Source: Myxococcales bacterium (GTDB lineage Bacteria > Myxococcota_A > UBA9160 > UBA4427). From it: a stretch of 64,000 nucleotides of DNA. Below are positions 61,225 to 64,000 of the stretch, in pieces. The stretch spans positions 4,305 to 68,304 of the forward strand of contig JAAZXM010000011.1 of assembly GCA_014240165.1 (NCBI GenBank), given 5' to 3'. A program made the position numbers and the translations under genes. Under the pieces are notes generated by a model. That model ran no database searches. It saw only the letters and a list, made by a program, of their open reading frames with translations, and was not told the origin of the DNA. Position 1 is the first letter of the stretch; every line of letters begins with the position of its first letter.

Positions 61225-63056
61225 TGGGCGCCCGAAGCCCCGGATCTGCTCTCCTGGATGCCGAATTCCCGGCGCAGCGCATCGAGTTTGTCCATCAACT
61301 CGGGCTGCTCTTCTAGACGAGGACTCATGGCTTCGGCTTCTTCGTAGTAGTAGAGAGCCCGACGGCGCTCGTCCATCAGGTAGTAGACATCGCCCAGGTG
61401 CTCGGAAACCACGGGGTCCCCCCCGGTCAACTCCAGGGCGAGATCGAGTTGGGTGATCGCCTTGCGCAGCAATTCGAGCCCCTCGCTTCGGCGTCGCCCC
61501 TGGATCAGCGGGCGGGCCCGCATGTAATAGACCCAGCCCAAACTGTCCGCGATATAGCCGTCTCGCGGGCTCAAGCGCACCGCGCGTTCGATCAACCGCT
61601 CGGCCTGGTCGAGATTCTCTCCGCGCTCCACCCAGGTATAACCGACGTAGTTGAGCGCCTGGGCGTTCTCGGGATCCCGTTCCAGGACCTGGGTCATATA
61701 TTCCAGCGACTGGTCGATCTCGTTGCGTAGCCCGTAGAGCACGCCGAGTTGATAGAGGGTATCGGTGTCGTCGGGATTCTCAGCCAGGATGGCCTCGAGC
61801 ATCGCCACGCCGCCCTCGAAATCCCCCAGGCGCGCCCGCAATGAAGCCGCGTGGAAGTCCAGGGAACGTTCCCGGCGAAGACCCCGCAACTCGTCGATCT
61901 CGACCAGCGCGGCTTCGAGTTGGCCGCTCTCCTCGTAGTAGATCGCCAATTGCATGCGGGCTTCGACATAGAGCGGATGGGTTCGAGCTACTGAACCGAA
62001 GACCTGCACCGCTTCCTCGTTCTGACCGAGACCGCGCAGCACCTGGCCAAGGGAATAGGCAAATTCGTGGTGATCCGGATGACGCCGGATCGCGCCTCTC
62101 AGCCGTTCGGCCGCATCCTCGTAGCGTCCGGAGCCGAACTCCAGTGACGCCAGGCGCCGCAGGATCTGCAGGTCGTCGGGAAAGAGTGCCGCGAGTTCCG
62201 CGTAGGTCTCAATTGCAGCATCGATCTCGTTGTGGGCGATCTGTGCCTCGCCCAGGCTCACCAGGGTGCCGTAATGCCCCGGCCTCTCCGCCAGCACCTC
62301 GAGGTAAAGTTCGATCTCCCCGGCCCGGTCGCCCTGGGAGCGGCGCATCCGCGCCAGGCGGGAATAGATCACGATTCGGTTGGGGTGCTGATCCAGCGCC
62401 GAACGCAGGGTGCGCTCGGCCTCGGCGTACCGTCCCATGCTCTCGTAGGCGGAGGCCACTGCCATCGCGGCACCCAGAAAATCCGGGTCGGCCTCCTGCA
62501 ATCGCTTGGCGGTGCGCAGCGCATCGTTGAAGCGGCCCTGCTCGAGCAAGACCTGGTAGAGGAGAAGCGCGGCCTCGGCGGTGACGGGATAACCGTCCTG
62601 CCCCAGCAGCACCCGCTCCAGCTTGGCGTCCTGCCGATCGAGGCGGTAGAGGCGGGCCAGAAAGAGTCGCCCCTCCACGTCCCCGGGGTCGAGTTCGAAA
62701 CCCTGCTCGGCCAACGCAATGGCCCGGCCCATGTCCTCGTCCTGCACCGCCAGGTGGGCAAGCCGATAGTGAAGGTGCGCCGAACCGGGATCCTTCTCGA
62801 GTGCCCGTTGGAAGGCCGCGCGCGCCAGAGCAAAGTCGCCATCCCGGGCGGCGAGTTCCGCCACCAGCACATCGTACTCGGTCCCCGCTTGCGGGCGGAC
62901 GAGAGGGCCAGCCGGTCCGGAGGCACCCCCGTGGCGGGCGCTCGAAGCGCTTTCGGGCCAGTTCGGAGTAGTTTGACAGCCCAGAACCGGGAGCAGCAGC
63001 GCGGTGGCGAGTACCCAACGCCTGGCCCTACCCCGTAGGGGTGAGAAAATGCTCAC
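61221..63056 (-). CDS. TPR-repeat lipoprotein
   Basis: About 611 aa from the GTG at 63056 (start uncertain; the track ORF extends to a TTG at 63122). Lipobox LPVLGC. Many 34-residue TPR units (AxxxYxxAL patterns). Confidence 0.7.
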   Translation of the reverse strand: MSIFSPLRGRARRWVLATALLLPVLGCQTTPNWPESASSARHGGASGPAGPLVRPQAGTEYDVLVAELAARDGDFALARAAFQRALEKDPGSAHLHYRLAHLAVQDEDMGRAIALAEQGFELDPGDVEGRLFLARLYRLDRQDAKLERVLLGQDGYPVTAEAALLLYQVLLEQGRFNDALRTAKRLQEADPDFLGAAMAVASAYESMGRYAEAERTLRSALDQHPNRIVIYSRLARMRRSQGDRAGEIELYLEVLAERPGHYGTLVSLGEAQIAHNEIDAAIETYAELAALFPDDLQILRRLASLEFGSGRYEDAAERLRGAIRRHPDHHEFAYSLGQVLRGLGQNEEAVQVFGSVARTHPLYVEARMQLAIYYEESGQLEAALVEIDELRGLRRERSLDFHAASLRARLGDFEGGVAMLEAILAENPDDTDTLYQLGVLYGLRNEIDQSLEYMTQVLERDPENAQALNYVGYTWVERGENLDQAERLIERAVRLSPRDGYIADSLGWVYYMRARPLIQGRRRSEGLELLRKAITQLDLALELTGGDPVVSEHLGDVYYLMDERRRALYYYEEAEAMSPRLEEQPELMDKLDALRREFGIQESRSGASGAQ

Positions 63057-63306
63057 ACCTCGGCGTGGGGGAACCCGTCCCCGCGTCGAAATGGCACACC
63101 CGTAGCCTCGCTGTCCCCCCAATGCAGCGCCCCCCTGGCCAGTGTCTGTCTGCGGCTCGCGTTCCTTCTCTCTTTAGCTTTCCACCCTCAGCCTTCGAAA
63201 TTCAGGCTTCGGGAGTTCGACGGCATCGGGCCGTCACCGCCTGGCTCCGGCGGCGGCGCCCCGCTTCCCCCCAAGGCCTTCCCGAGCCGCTGGGAAGACC
63301 AAACCG

Positions 63307-63918
63307 TCATGCAGATAGATAGCCGCTCTTGTCCAAATACTCGACCAAAACCGCAACACTTTGTTCAAGTGTCTGGTTACCGGTGTCCACCACCAGTTCT
63401 GGGCGCTCTGGGGCCTCGTAGGGAGCCGAGATGCCAGTGAATTCGGGGATTTCGCCCTTGCGCGCCTTGGCGTAGAGACCCTTGATGTCCCGGGACTCGC
63501 AGACCTCCAGGCTCGCCGACACGTGGACTTCCACGAAATCGCCCTCGCCCAGCACCTCGCGCACCGCGTCGCGATCCGCCCGGTAGGGGGAGATAAAGGA
63601 TGAAAAGACCAGGGTTCCCGCATCCGTGAAGAGCTTGGCGACCTCGCCGATCCGGCGAATATTCTCGGTTCGGTCTTCCGGCGAGAAGCCGAGATTGTTA
63701 TTGAGCCCCATGCGAACGTTGTCGCCATCCAGGATATAGGTGTGCTTGCCCCGATCGCTGAGCGCCTTTTCGGCCGCCACCGCCAGAGTCGATTTGCCCG
63801 ATCCCGACAGACCCGTGAGCCAGATGGTGCATCCCTTCTGGCCGAGTTTCTGCTCGCGATCATCGCGGGAAACCTGACCTTCGTGCCAGGTGATGTTCTT
63901 TGATTTCGGATCCGCCAA
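63307..63918 (-). CDS. cysC: adenylyl-sulfate kinase
   Basis: 203 aa with a TTG start. [19 protein letters not shown]-loop, [16 protein letters not shown] and FISPYRADR. Confidence 0.9.
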   Translation of the reverse strand: MADPKSKNITWHEGQVSRDDREQKLGQKGCTIWLTGLSGSGKSTLAVAAEKALSDRGKHTYILDGDNVRMGLNNNLGFSPEDRTENIRRIGEVAKLFTDAGTLVFSSFISPYRADRDAVREVLGEGDFVEVHVSASLEVCESRDIKGLYAKARKGEIPEFTGISAPYEAPERPELVVDTGNQTLEQSVAVLVEYLDKSGYLSA

Positions 63919-64000
63919 AATTTGGTCCCTTCTCTAGGTTGAAATACGCGACCGAACGGCTGGACCTGAATCGACAGGCCCGCCACCTGCGAGGTCAGCC

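Overview
This is a GC-rich bacterial chromosomal segment (roughly two-thirds G+C by eye). Its envelope genes are of the Gram-negative type: many lipobox lipoproteins, a LolB-like protein, an OM beta-barrel and an HpnN-like RND pump. I call about 58 protein-coding genes. I found no rRNA or tRNA genes, no transposase, integrase or phage genes, and no CRISPR array. Most of the content is housekeeping or metabolic: ADP-forming acetyl-CoA synthetase, an alanine/cation symporter, dapL, ettA, recQ, lhr, psd, cdaA, gloA, cysC, a five-gene Opp/Dpp-type ABC importer, an acyl-CoA carboxyltransferase, a GMC oxidoreductase cluster and an SCO copper-chaperone cluster. Many long ORFs in the supplied track are antisense or 5'-extended shadows of real genes, which is typical of high GC, and I reject them.

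The locus I consider most worth follow-up is the 711-bp gene-poor gap at 4172-4882. It contains an internally duplicated module. On the minus strand the module carries a strong SD followed by a small ORF. One copy is an unannotated 56-codon ORF with 10 cysteines, and its C-terminus is built from an in-frame 12-nt tandem repeat. It sits 37 nt upstream of gcvR. On the plus strand the same module carries hairpin plus T-tract terminators with G-U pairs that only work on that strand. This implies short RNAs antisense to the small-ORF ribosome-binding sites.

Other items worth a second look:
- a secreted Arg/Asp-rich protein made of 11-residue repeats
- a 620-bp structured non-coding gap upstream of a nitronate monooxygenase / diiron-protein pair
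- a CdaA-YbbR fusion with an RHR-to-RHA change
- an uncharacterised 350-aa protein coupled to a lipoate/biotin-ligase-like gene
- an unusual density of unrelated short-period tandem arrays (5, 11, 12, 13 and 14 nt) at gene boundaries

All functional calls come from reading the translated sequences. No database search was run.
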